The position numbers and the translations under genes were made by a program. Positions 1 through 8,882 of a DNA stretch of 64,000 nucleotides are shown here, one piece after another. This DNA is from Peptococcia bacterium. GTDB lineage: Bacteria > Bacillota > Peptococcia > DRI-13 > DTU073. The DNA is taken from assembly GCA_050951605.1 (NCBI GenBank), contig JBMNJJ010000002.1:274394-338393 (forward strand), in the 5' to 3' direction. The notes under the pieces are model-generated. The model made no database searches, had not been told where the DNA came from, and worked only from the letters and a program-made list of their open reading frames with translations. Numbering within the stretch: the stretch's first letter is position 1; the number at the start of each line of letters is the position of its first letter.

Positions 1-1
1 A

Positions 2-1345
2 AAAATTGCGGCACTAGGTATTTTTGCTTCTTCTGAAGCAGAAAGAGTTATTGATGCCGAGGGGAAATATGTATTGCCGGGTGTGATTGAAGCTCACATG
101 CATTGCATGGCCCCATTCCAAGGTTGTTTGGGAGCAAACGACTTTTTTGAACAAAGTGTCAGTGCAGCTTTTGGCGGTGTGACGATGTACATGGATTTTG
201 CCAATATGGGAAAAGGGGATTCTCCTTATAAGCAGGCTTTGGCTAGAGCTGAAGAAATGAAGGATACTGCTATTGATTATAGTGTGCATGGTAAATTTGT
301 AGAATCTACTCCGGAAGCGATTGCTGATATTGACAAAATGGTTGAAGCTGGGATACCGACTTTCAAAATGTTTATGACTTATAAGAAAGAAGGTGTGATG
401 TCTGATGATGAAACTCTGCTGAAGGTGTTCGAAAAAGCTAAGGAGGTAAACGGTCTTCCTTTGCTCCATTGTGAAAGTAATGCGATTGCTGAAACAAATA
501 TTGAAAAATGCAGAGAAGCCGATGACCTGAGTTGGGTGAATTTTGCTAAATGTAAACCTGTCTTGTGTGAAGCAGAAGCCTTTGCGCGTGCCGTTCATTT
601 TGCAGAGTATGTCGGTAATGGACTTTTAGTGGTTCATACTACAAATGGCGATGCCTTGGAGATAGCTAGAAAAGCACACCAAAAGGGATTTCCCTTGTAT
701 TTAGAAACAGGTCCTCATTATTTGACTTTATTTGATGACTTGTATGAAGGGGAAAACGGACATTTAGCTATTTGTTCTCCTCCTTTAAGGACACCGAAAG
801 AAGCGGCTGAATTGTGGGAAGGTATTCAGGATGGGACAATTTTACTGACCGGATCCGATGATTGTACTTTTGATGTAGATGAAAAGTCTTGTTTTTTGGA
901 AAAGAAGGCAGATGGTACGTGGAAACAGGATTTCACAAAAGTTGTTAATGGTATGTCGGGGATTGAAATTAGATTGCCAATATTGTTATCAGAAGGTGTA
1001 TCGAAAGGCAGAATTTCTCTTAACAAGGTTTGTGCACTGACCAGTACAAACATTGCCAAAATATATGGTTGCTACCCACAGAAGGGGATTATTGCCCCCG
1101 GAGCAGATGCGGATGTTGTTATTGTCGATATGGACAAGGAAGTAACCTTATCTAAAGATACACTGCATAACAATATCAGCTATTGCTTGCATGAAGGGAT
1201 GAAGGTTAAGGGCTATCCGGTAATGACCATCGCTAACGGCAATATTATTGTAGAAGATGGCGAGTTTAAAGGGGAAAAAGGGAAAGGGCGTTTTATCAAG
1301 AGAAAAATTAATCCGGAATACCTAAAACGTTATGCTCTAGATTAA
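2..1345 (+). CDS. D-hydantoinase/dihydropyrimidinase-family cyclic amidohydrolase; 5' end lies outside the window
   Basis: The frame is open from the window edge (...AEGKYVLPGVIEAHMH precedes the listed Met at 74). It has the AHMH metal motif, the FKMFMTYK carboxylated-Lys context, and GADADVVIVD near the C-terminus. It is a paralogue of 3664-5043. Confidence 0.85.
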   Translation, partial: KIAALGIFASSEAERVIDAEGKYVLPGVIEAHMHCMAPFQGCLGANDFFEQSVSAAFGGVTMYMDFANMGKGDSPYKQALARAEEMKDTAIDYSVHGKFVESTPEAIADIDKMVEAGIPTFKMFMTYKKEGVMSDDETLLKVFEKAKEVNGLPLLHCESNAIAETNIEKCREADDLSWVNFAKCKPVLCEAEAFARAVHFAEYVGNGLLVVHTTNGDALEIARKAHQKGFPLYLETGPHYLTLFDDLYEGENGHLAICSPPLRTPKEAAELWEGIQDGTILLTGSDDCTFDVDEKSCFLEKKADGTWKQDFTKVVNGMSGIEIRLPILLSEGVSKGRISLNKVCALTSTNIAKIYGCYPQKGIIAPGADADVVIVDMDKEVTLSKDTLHNNISYCLHEGMKVKGYPVMTIANGNIIVEDGEFKGEKGKGRFIKRKINPEYLKRYALD

Positions 1346-1375
1346 TCATATTAAGTAGAGAATGGAGAGGAAAAA

Positions 1376-2854
1376 ATGAGCAAATATCAAAAGCAAATAG
1401 GCGACATGGTGGAATTGACCGAGGAAGGTGTCGCTGCGATTCACGCACATGATAATAATTATACGGAATCTACGCGTCCGATTTTTGCCAAAGAAAGAGA
1501 CTGGAAAGTCTGGGATATGGCTAATTTATGGATCGGGATGTTGGTTTCTATTGCTGTCTATCAAGTTGCCAGTGGTTTGATTGTCTCCGGTATGTCTTGG
1601 TATCAGGCTCTATTCACTATTGTCTTAGGCCATACTTTAGTCATGGTCTTCGCGGTTATTTTAGGTCATTTCGGGACAAAATACGGTGTTAATTTCCCCA
1701 TGCTCTGTAAGATGGCGTTTGGGACAAAAGGTATCGTCGTGCCTTCGCTTGTCAGAGGTGCACTTGGTTGCTTTTGGTTTGGTGTACAGGCCTGGATTGG
1801 CGGACAAGCAGTAAATGCAATCCTGGCAGTATTTATACCGGCCTGGAAGGGTCTGGGTTTTACCGGATATTTTATTTCCTTTATGATCTTTTGGTTAATG
1901 AATGTCTATATTGCCGCTTCCGGTTCGACAGCGGTTAAAAAACTTGAAGGTTTTGCTGCTCCGGTACTTGTGGGATTAAGTTTAGTAGTAATTCTTTGGG
2001 GGCTTTCCACAGCAGGATGGAGTTTAAGTAATTTGCTTTCCGAACCTTCTCTGCAGGGGGACCCCACTAAAAACTTCTGGACTTTGTTTTTCCCGGCACT
2101 TTCGGCAATGATTGCCTTTGATGGAGGGATAGCCCTTTCTATGGCCGATTTTACGCGGCATTGTACGAGCCAAAAGGCTCAGATTGTGGGTCAGGTAGCA
2201 GGTGCTCCCTTAATGACAGCCTATATTTCTTTTGTGGGAATTTGTGGTACAGCAGGTGCGGCTTTTGCTTTTCATGAAGCAATTTGGGAACCGGCGATTT
2301 TAGTAAGTAAATTCAGTAATCCCTTTGTTGTTGTATTCTTTTCCTTGTTCATTATTATGGCGGTCTTAACCACTAATGTTGCTGCTAATTTGGTACCACC
2401 CACTAATGTATTGTCTACATTATTTGCCAAAAAACTTTCTTATAAACAGGCAGCTTTTATTGCAGCTATTTTAGCTCTATTTGCCCAGCCGTGGAATGCT
2501 TTATCTAGTGCCTATACTTTGATTTTCGAAGTTTGCGGTATCTTAGGTGCACTGTTGGGACCCATTTCAGGTTTGTATGTGACGGCTTACCTTTTTGAAC
2601 ATCGTACTAAGGTGGATTTAGTATCTTTGTATCGTCTCGATGGAGGCAAGTATCACTATACAAATGGTTGGAACGTCGGGATCATTGCTATATTTTTAGT
2701 AGCTACTGCAATTATTTTGCTGGGTAAATTTGTGCCATCTATGAAGTTCATTTTCGATAATTCGTATGTCATTGGTAGTATTGGCGCAGGAGTAGTTTAT
2801 TATATCTATTTAAAGCTAATTCATAGAGATGAAAAAATGGCTCAGGAGGTATAA
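1376..2854 (+). CDS. NCS1-family (nucleobase/hydantoin/allantoin:cation symporter) permease
   Basis: 492-aa polytopic membrane protein. The N-terminal segment (RPIFAKERDWKVWDMANLWIGM) is typical of NCS1/Mhp1-like transporters. RBS GGAGAGG lies upstream of the ATG. Confidence 0.85.
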   Translation: MSKYQKQIGDMVELTEEGVAAIHAHDNNYTESTRPIFAKERDWKVWDMANLWIGMLVSIAVYQVASGLIVSGMSWYQALFTIVLGHTLVMVFAVILGHFGTKYGVNFPMLCKMAFGTKGIVVPSLVRGALGCFWFGVQAWIGGQAVNAILAVFIPAWKGLGFTGYFISFMIFWLMNVYIAASGSTAVKKLEGFAAPVLVGLSLVVILWGLSTAGWSLSNLLSEPSLQGDPTKNFWTLFFPALSAMIAFDGGIALSMADFTRHCTSQKAQIVGQVAGAPLMTAYISFVGICGTAGAAFAFHEAIWEPAILVSKFSNPFVVVFFSLFIIMAVLTTNVAANLVPPTNVLSTLFAKKLSYKQAAFIAAILALFAQPWNALSSAYTLIFEVCGILGALLGPISGLYVTAYLFEHRTKVDLVSLYRLDGGKYHYTNGWNVGIIAIFLVATAIILLGKFVPSMKFIFDNSYVIGSIGAGVVYYIYLKLIHRDEKMAQEV

Positions 2855-2857
2855 ATT

Positions 2858-3583
2858 ATGAAACGGTTACTAATAATTAATCCGAATACTTCTGTAGAAA
2901 TGACAGAAGATGTGCGGGTAACAGTGGAAAAAATTAAGGACCAAGATGTAGAAGTAACGGTGACGAAGCCGGATTTCGGTGCGCGGTCATTAGAATCATT
3001 TTATGACTATTATCTAGCCGGATTTGGCATGTTTCGGATGGTGGAAAAAGTCGGAAAAGATTATGATGGCATTTTAGTGGCCTGTTTTGGTGACCCCGGA
3101 CTGTATGCGATGAAGGAAATTGTGGATTATCCGGTCGTTGGTATTGCGGAGGCTTCGATGGCGCTATCATTGCTGATGGGGCAGAAATTTAGCCTTTTGG
3201 TAGCTTCTGCGAAGGCTGTGCCCATGATGCAGGATATGGTTAATCAATATGGCTTAAATTCTCGTTTGGCCTCTATAGAGCCACTGGGTATCAATGTCTT
3301 AGATGTTGAAAAAAACAAAGAAGAGAGTATTCGCCAATTAGCGGCTGTGGGTAAGAATGCCGTAGATAAAGGTGCCGAAGTGTTAATTTTGGGATGTGCA
3401 GGGATGACCGGGATGAAAGAAGGGGTAGAGGAAATCCTGGGCGTTCCGGTTATTGACCCGGTGGAATGTGGCTATAAAGTTTTGGAAATGATGGTCAAGA
3501 ATAATTTCCCGGTTTCGAAGATCGGTTTATATATGCAACCTTATGCCAAGGAAATCGTTAAGAAAGAGCTTCTAACTGATTAA
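2858..3583 (+). CDS. Asp/Glu/hydantoin racemase family protein (hydantoin racemase-like)
   Basis: 241 aa. It begins MKRLLIINPNTS and carries the two catalytic-Cys contexts VACFGDPG and ILGCAGM, which are characteristic of this racemase family. RBS AGGAGG. Confidence 0.8.
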   Translation: MKRLLIINPNTSVEMTEDVRVTVEKIKDQDVEVTVTKPDFGARSLESFYDYYLAGFGMFRMVEKVGKDYDGILVACFGDPGLYAMKEIVDYPVVGIAEASMALSLLMGQKFSLLVASAKAVPMMQDMVNQYGLNSRLASIEPLGINVLDVEKNKEESIRQLAAVGKNAVDKGAEVLILGCAGMTGMKEGVEEILGVPVIDPVECGYKVLEMMVKNNFPVSKIGLYMQPYAKEIVKKELLTD

Positions 3584-3663
3584 AGAAAGAGGGGATTGGA
3601 GAGCGGGTGTGGCTCATCCAATCCCTCCTTAGATATGTTAAAAGAGGGAAAGGAGGCTTTTTC

Positions 3664-5043
3664 ATGAGTACGATTATCAAAAAGGGAACAATTGCCACGG
3701 AAAATGTAGTATATCAGGCGGATGTGTTAATTGAAAAGGGAAAAATTGCGGCCATTGGGAATGAAATTAATAGTGATCAGGCTAAGATAATTGACGCCAC
3801 AGGGAAATATGTAATACCTGGGGCAGTGGATGCTCATACTCATCTGGATTTGGATGCCGGTATTGCTCGTGCTGTCGATGACTTTTACTCGGGTACAGTG
3901 GCTGCTGCTTGTGGTGGCACAACAACAATTATCGATCATTTGGCCTTTGGGCCCAAAGGATGTAATCTTCATCATCAGATAGAAGAATATCATCGACTGG
4001 CAGACGGAAATGCGGTGGTCGATTACGGTTTCCACGGTGTCGTGCAACAGGTTAATGAGAGCATTTTGCGGGAAATGGAAGAATTGGTGGAGGCAGGTAT
4101 TCCCAGCTTTAAAATATATCTTACTTATGACTATAAATTAAATGACGCTGAAGTTATGCGGGTCTTAGCTAAAATGAAAGAGCTGGGTGGTGTTACGGCT
4201 GCCCATGCAGAAAATAATGACGTCATTAATTACTTAAGAAAAACATTTGTCGAAAAGGGAAAGACAGAGCCTATTTATCATGCCTTGAGCAGACCTTCTG
4301 AATGTGAGGCAGAAGCAGTGGAGCGGATGCTGCATCTTGCTAGATTAGTTGGGGATGCTCCCCTCTATATTGTTCATCTTTCGACAGCAGAAGGCTTACA
4401 AGCCGTAGAGAAGGCCAGAGAAAATGGTCAGCAGAATATCTATGTAGAAACATGTCCCCAGTATCTTACTTTGACTGAGGAAAAATATTTAGGGGCCAAT
4501 GGTGCAGGTCTAAAATATATCATGTCTCCACCACTGCGAAAGAAAAAAGATTGTGAAATGTTGTGGCAAGGTGTGGCGGAGCAGCAAATTGAAGTTATTG
4601 CTACCGACCATTGCCCTTTTCATTTTCGGAAAGAAAAGCAGCTAGGTAAAGATGACTTTACCCAATGTCCTAATGGTGCCCCCGGTATAGAGGAACGGGT
4701 ACGAGTTATCTTTTCTGAAGGTGTGATGAAAAAACGGATATCATTAGAACAGTTTGTAGCTGTAATGTGTACTAATCCAGCCAAAATTTATGGATTGTAT
4801 CCTCGGAAAGGAACAATTTTACCGGGTTCAGATGCGGATATTGTGATTATTAATCCGCAAAAACGGGAGATATTGACTAAAGAGCGAATAAAGGGTGCGG
4901 TGGATTATACCGTTTATGAAGGCTTAGAAGTACAAGGTGTAATTGACCTCGTTATGCAAAGAGGAAAAATAATTGTTGAGGACCATACTTTCTTAGGTCA
5001 AAGGGGCGACGGATTATTTTTGCAAAGAAAAGCAGAGAGGTAA
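3664..5043 (+). CDS. D-hydantoinase/dihydropyrimidinase
   Basis: Motifs PGAVDAHTHLD, SFKIYLTYD and GSDADIVIINP. I prefer the ATG at 3664 (MSTIIKKG...) because GGAAAGGAGG lies 6-7 nt upstream. The listed ORF start at 3607 has no RBS. Confidence 0.85.
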   Translation: MSTIIKKGTIATENVVYQADVLIEKGKIAAIGNEINSDQAKIIDATGKYVIPGAVDAHTHLDLDAGIARAVDDFYSGTVAAACGGTTTIIDHLAFGPKGCNLHHQIEEYHRLADGNAVVDYGFHGVVQQVNESILREMEELVEAGIPSFKIYLTYDYKLNDAEVMRVLAKMKELGGVTAAHAENNDVINYLRKTFVEKGKTEPIYHALSRPSECEAEAVERMLHLARLVGDAPLYIVHLSTAEGLQAVEKARENGQQNIYVETCPQYLTLTEEKYLGANGAGLKYIMSPPLRKKKDCEMLWQGVAEQQIEVIATDHCPFHFRKEKQLGKDDFTQCPNGAPGIEERVRVIFSEGVMKKRISLEQFVAVMCTNPAKIYGLYPRKGTILPGSDADIVIINPQKREILTKERIKGAVDYTVYEGLEVQGVIDLVMQRGKIIVEDHTFLGQRGDGLFLQRKAER

Positions 5044-5111
5044 TGAAAAATTAGACAAATAATCGCTGAAAGGAGTAGGGCTTTTCAGGGAGAAAAGTCC
5101 GTAAATCGAAG

Positions 5112-6698
5112 ATGAAAAAATTGATTAAAAATGGGTTGATTGTGGATGGTAGCGGTAAAGCTTCTTTTACAGGCGATATTTTACTGGAAAATGACCGGAT
5201 AGCCAAAATTGGAGTAATAGAGCCTAGTGAAGAGATGGCAGTAATTGATGCTACCGGTTTGGTGGTAGCCCCCGGCTTTATCGATACCCACAGTCATAGT
5301 GACTTGATGGTACTCTTAGAGCCAAAGTTGGAAGCCAAGATTTATCAAGGTATTACTACAGAAGTATTAGGACAGGATGGTATCTCTATGGCACCACTTC
5401 CTCCTAAATATATTAGTCCTTGGAGAAAAAATTTAGCCGGTTTGGATGGGGACAGTGAGGAGATCAATTGGCATTATGAGACTACTGATGGCTACCTGAA
5501 AATGATTGAGCAGGCTAAGCCCGGTCTCAATGAATGTTATCTGGTGCCACATGGTAATATCCGTATGGAAGCGATGGGTTTAGAGAATCGTAAAGCGACT
5601 AAAGAGGAAAGAGAGAAGATGCGAGAGATTACCCGGAGAGAAATGGAAGCCGGCGCTTTTGGGCTTTCCACAGGGTTAATCTATATTCCTTGTGCCTATA
5701 GTGACTCTCACGAAATCATTGAAATGTGCAAAGTTGTCGCGGAATATGATGGCTTATTTGTGATTCATCAGCGGAGTGAAGCTGATACCATCCTCGATTC
5801 GATGGAAGAAGTTATTAAAATTGGTAGGGAATCCGGTGTGCGTGTTCATTTTTCTCATTTCAAAGTATGTGGTAAAAAGAACTGGGATAAAATTGACCGG
5901 GTCATAGAATTATTAGAAAAAGCCCAGCAGGAAGGTATTAGTGTTTCCTTTGACCAGTATCCCTATGTAGCAGGCAGTACAATGCTAAGTGTAATCCTGC
6001 CACCGTGGGCCCATGATGGTGGTAGTGATCAATTACTGGAACGCTTGGCTGACCCGGAAGCACGCCGGAAAATGATCTATGATATTGAACATGGTATTCA
6101 TGGTTGGGATAATTTTGTTGACTTTGCCGGGCTTGACCAGATTTTTATCACCAGTGTCAAGACCGAGAAAAATATGGATGCGGTAGGGCTTAGTCTCGTG
6201 CAGTTGGGGGAATTACGTCATAAAGACCCTTATCAAGCTACTTTTGATTTATTGTATGAGGAAAAAAATGCAGTAGGCATGGTAGATTTTTATGGGACAG
6301 AAGAGCATGTCCGGCTTTTCATGAAACGGCCTGAAATGAATGTGTGTACAGATGGTTTGTTAGGTGGTAAACCTCATCCTAGGGTTTTTGGTGCTTTTCC
6401 CAGAGTTTTAGGCAAATATGTCCGGGAAGACAAGGCTCTTAAATTAGAGGAAGCAGTTTATAAGATGACTTCTAAGCCTGCCCATACTTTTCGGATTAAG
6501 GAAAGAGGGCTTTTAAAGGAAGGCAATTTTGCCGATATTACGATTTTTAATGCCCAAACGATTATCGATAAAGGAACATTTACAGACCCTATTCAGTACC
6601 CGGAAGGGATCGAGTATGTGTTTATCAATGGTGAACTTATAGTTGAAAAAGGTCAGCATACAGGAAAATTGAAGGGTAGAGTGCTGAGGAAAAAATAG
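5112..6698 (+). CDS. N-acyl-D-amino-acid deacylase (D-aminoacylase) family amidohydrolase
   Basis: 528 aa. The N-terminus IKNGLIVDGSG...APGFIDTHSHSD and the overall length and architecture are typical of the D-aminoacylase family. Confidence 0.8.
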   Translation: MKKLIKNGLIVDGSGKASFTGDILLENDRIAKIGVIEPSEEMAVIDATGLVVAPGFIDTHSHSDLMVLLEPKLEAKIYQGITTEVLGQDGISMAPLPPKYISPWRKNLAGLDGDSEEINWHYETTDGYLKMIEQAKPGLNECYLVPHGNIRMEAMGLENRKATKEEREKMREITRREMEAGAFGLSTGLIYIPCAYSDSHEIIEMCKVVAEYDGLFVIHQRSEADTILDSMEEVIKIGRESGVRVHFSHFKVCGKKNWDKIDRVIELLEKAQQEGISVSFDQYPYVAGSTMLSVILPPWAHDGGSDQLLERLADPEARRKMIYDIEHGIHGWDNFVDFAGLDQIFITSVKTEKNMDAVGLSLVQLGELRHKDPYQATFDLLYEEKNAVGMVDFYGTEEHVRLFMKRPEMNVCTDGLLGGKPHPRVFGAFPRVLGKYVREDKALKLEEAVYKMTSKPAHTFRIKERGLLKEGNFADITIFNAQTIIDKGTFTDPIQYPEGIEYVFINGELIVEKGQHTGKLKGRVLRKK

Positions 6699-6729
6699 AG
6701 AGAGAAAATGAAGAAGGGAATGATTAGCC

Positions 6730-7105
6730 ATGAAGAATGTTATCGCGGCAGAGAATGCTCCCCAAGCAATAGGTCCATATGTACAAGCAATTGAGACAAA
6801 AGGGATGTTATATGGTTCCGGGCAGTTGGGGATTGATCCTGTAACAGGTGAATTAGGTAAGGATATTATCGAACAGACCCATCTTTCCATGAAAAACATC
6901 GGTGCTATTTTGCAAAAGGCGGGCGGCGACTATAAAAACATTGTTAAAACGACCATCTTCTTGTCCGATTTGGCCAACTTTGGTGTTGTCAACGATATTT
7001 ATCAAAGCTATTTCGAGGGGAGAATTTCCGGCTCGTTCCTGTTTTGAGGTAGCGAAATTGCCTAAGAATGGTTTGGTAGAAATCGAATTTATTGCTGTCT
7101 TGTAA
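6730..7105 (+). pseudogene. ridA: RidA/YjgF-family reactive-intermediate deaminase interrupted by a +1 frameshift near 7017-7024
   Basis: ORF 6730-7047 encodes the RidA N-terminal two-thirds (APQAIGPYVQA...KTTIFLSDLANF). The conserved C-terminus (EFPARSCFEVAKLPKNGLVEIEFIAVL) is in the +1 frame (ORF 6902-7105). Deleting one nt after the GGGG run at 7017-7020 restores YFEGEFPARS. Confidence 0.75.
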
Positions 7106-7135
7106 ATGTTAAATAATTGACGCTATGGGTCAAGA

Positions 7136-7594
7136 ATGATATTGCCCTTACTTATTAATGACCGTGTAGACCTTGCTTTAGCGGTAGAGGCAGCAGGAGT
7201 ACATGTAGGGCAAAGTGACCTTCCGGCACGAGTTGTACGTCGCCTTATTGGTAATGATAAAATTCTAGGTGTTTCCGTTTCTACATTACAGGAAGCTATC
7301 AAGGCTGAAGAGGATGGTGCAGATTACCTTGGTGTAGGGGCGATGTTTGCTACAGGAACAAAAACTGATGCAGTATTGGTGACTATGAATGAATTAAAGA
7401 AAATTAGAGCCGCTGTTTCTGTACCAATTGTGGTCATCGGGGGGATTAATAAAACGACAATACCGCAATTTGTAGATACAGGCATTGATGGAATTGCTGT
7501 TATTTCTGCTCTGATTGCAGAAAAGGATATTGCGTTAGCAGCAAGACAGCTGAAGAAGTTATTTTGTCAGACTATGAGGTGTGAAGAGTATTAA
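7136..7594 (+). pseudogene. thiE: Thiamine-phosphate synthase remnant lacking about 70 N-terminal residues
   Basis: The product begins at the family's internal ...[26 protein letters not shown] segment and continues to the C-terminus ([25 protein letters not shown]). Only 30 nt separate it from the ridA stop, so no room exists for the missing N-terminal domain. Confidence 0.7.
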
Positions 7595-7613
7595 AATTAA
7601 GGTTATTATTTTG

Positions 7614-7655
7614 AAAAGCAAGAGAAGGACATTTTTTGTCCTTCTCTTGCTTTTT
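7614..7655. terminator. Bidirectional rho-independent terminator between convergent genes
   Basis: 13-bp perfect stem GCAAGAGAAGGAC / GTCCTTCTCTTGC with loop ATTTTTT, flanked by an A-run upstream and TTTTT downstream. Confidence 0.75.
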
Positions 7656-7696
7656 GGCTATTCCTATGGCGGTTTGCAATATTTTCAGTTATTGCT

Positions 7697-8023
7697 TTAA
7701 CCTTTTTTCTTGGAATCTTTTTGCCCAGTTTTCTTAATTTTATCAGTATTAAATTCCATACCTGCTTCTTCATCCATATCCGGTATAATATATCCGGAAC
7801 GATTTTTGTTTGTTCGCTTAGTATTTAGAAAGTCTTGAGCCATCTCTTGCTGATATTGATTAGGCTTTTGTTGTGCCTTAGTGGTGGCTTGCCGTAGATT
7901 TTGATTAGCTTTAGTTAGTTCTTCGGCAGCTTCTTGTTGATATCGATTAGCTTTTTGTTGATTTTGTTTTGCTTTCTGTTGATAATTTTTGTCTGTGTTT
8001 TTGTTTTTAAGATTATCTGGCAT
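7697..8023 (-). CDS. Small Gln/Lys-rich protein with internal QQKxNxYQQE repeats (function unknown; possibly spore-associated)
   Basis: 108-aa ORF with strong RBS GGGAGG 9 nt upstream of the ATG. It has low-complexity repeats QQKANRYQQEAAEE and QQKPNQYQQEMAQD. Confidence 0.55.
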   Translation of the reverse strand: MPDNLKNKNTDKNYQQKAKQNQQKANRYQQEAAEELTKANQNLRQATTKAQQKPNQYQQEMAQDFLNTKRTNKNRSGYIIPDMDEEAGMEFNTDKIKKTGQKDSKKKG

Positions 8024-8243
8024 TTGTTAAACCTCCCAGTTTTTTTAATTTAACTTAAGCTTAACCGCCATCTGGATGTTTTAATTTATGTGTATTAGCC
8101 TCCTTTCTATAGGTATTTTCCCCTTTTTTCTTTAAGTTATCCCCATTTTCTTTAATAGATATGATAAAATTATAATAATTATTAGGAACTTTTATTTAGT
8201 TTTGTGTTAATAATGGGGTATTTATGGAGGGAGGCGGGCGATT

Positions 8244-8882
8244 GTGTATAGTGATGAGGAATTAGTGAGGCAAAGTAAAAACGGTGATCTACAAGCTTTT
8301 GAAGAGCTAATTTGTCGTTATGAACGTAAAATCTATACTATAGCCTATCGGATGATGGGTAATTTTGAGGATGCTAATGATTTAGCTCAGGAAGCATTTT
8401 TAAGGGCTTTTCGAGCTATTGGTGGTTTTCGTGGTGACTCTTCTTTTTCAACTTGGCTGTGCCATATTGTTACCAATCTTTGCCGTGATGAGTTACGCAA
8501 ACGTTATCGCCTTTCTGTGGAATCCTTAGATGAAGAGATTTGTCTTGGTGAAGGAGAAGTGAAAAAACAGATACCTTCGTCAAATCCCGGACCGGAGGAA
8601 ATATATGAAAAGCAAGAATTGCAGCAAAAATTACAGGAATTATTAATGACTCTTTCCCCGGAATTTCGAGTTGCTGTAGTTTTGCGAGATATACACGGGT
8701 TTACTTATCGAGAGATTGCTGAACAAATGGAATGTTCATTAGGTACAGTAAAATCCAGAATAAGTAGGGGAAGAAACTATTTGAAAGAAAAGTTATTGGC
8801 CAGGCAGGAGCAAAATCAGCAATGGGAACAAAAGTCTTCATCTGAGCGTCTACATAAAGTGAAAGGGGGGGGAAGCCAATGA
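8244..8882 (+). CDS. ECF-type RNA polymerase sigma-70 family factor
   Basis: Region 2 (FEELICRYERKIYTIAYRMMGNFEDANDLAQEAFLRAF) and region 4 HTH (FTYREIAEQMECSLGTVKSRISRGR). GTG start. Its end overlaps the anti-sigma gene start by 4 nt. Confidence 0.9.
   Translation: MYSDEELVRQSKNGDLQAFEELICRYERKIYTIAYRMMGNFEDANDLAQEAFLRAFRAIGGFRGDSSFSTWLCHIVTNLCRDELRKRYRLSVESLDEEICLGEGEVKKQIPSSNPGPEEIYEKQELQQKLQELLMTLSPEFRVAVVLRDIHGFTYREIAEQMECSLGTVKSRISRGRNYLKEKLLARQEQNQQWEQKSSSERLHKVKGGGSQ

Noticed and set aside
14-598. 194-aa ORF antisense to the first hydantoinase, and similar antisense ORFs elsewhere: 826-1059, 2934-3170, 3727-4047, 6513-6899, 16958-17293, 18164-18844, 28909-30279, 32689-32871, 36284-36927, 38451-38645, 39429-40055, 43725-43961, 47605-48221, 49653-49943, 57236-57568 and 60570-60881.
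   Set aside because: Each lies fully inside, and opposite to, a gene with a strong family signature. Their translations are low-complexity and Cys/Phe/Ser-rich, they lack an RBS, and no motif is recognisable. They are typical shadow ORFs.
6902-7105. 67-aa ORF listed as a separate gene.
   Set aside because: Its C-terminal half is the conserved RidA C-terminus. It is the downstream part of the frameshifted ridA, not an independent gene.
8185-8215. ECF-type autoregulatory promoter (GGAAC...N16...GTTAA) upstream of the sigma factor gene.
   Set aside because: GGAAC at 8185-8189 is suggestive, but the -10 region (GTGTTAAT) does not match the CGTC/CGTA-type elements I know. It is too weak to call.
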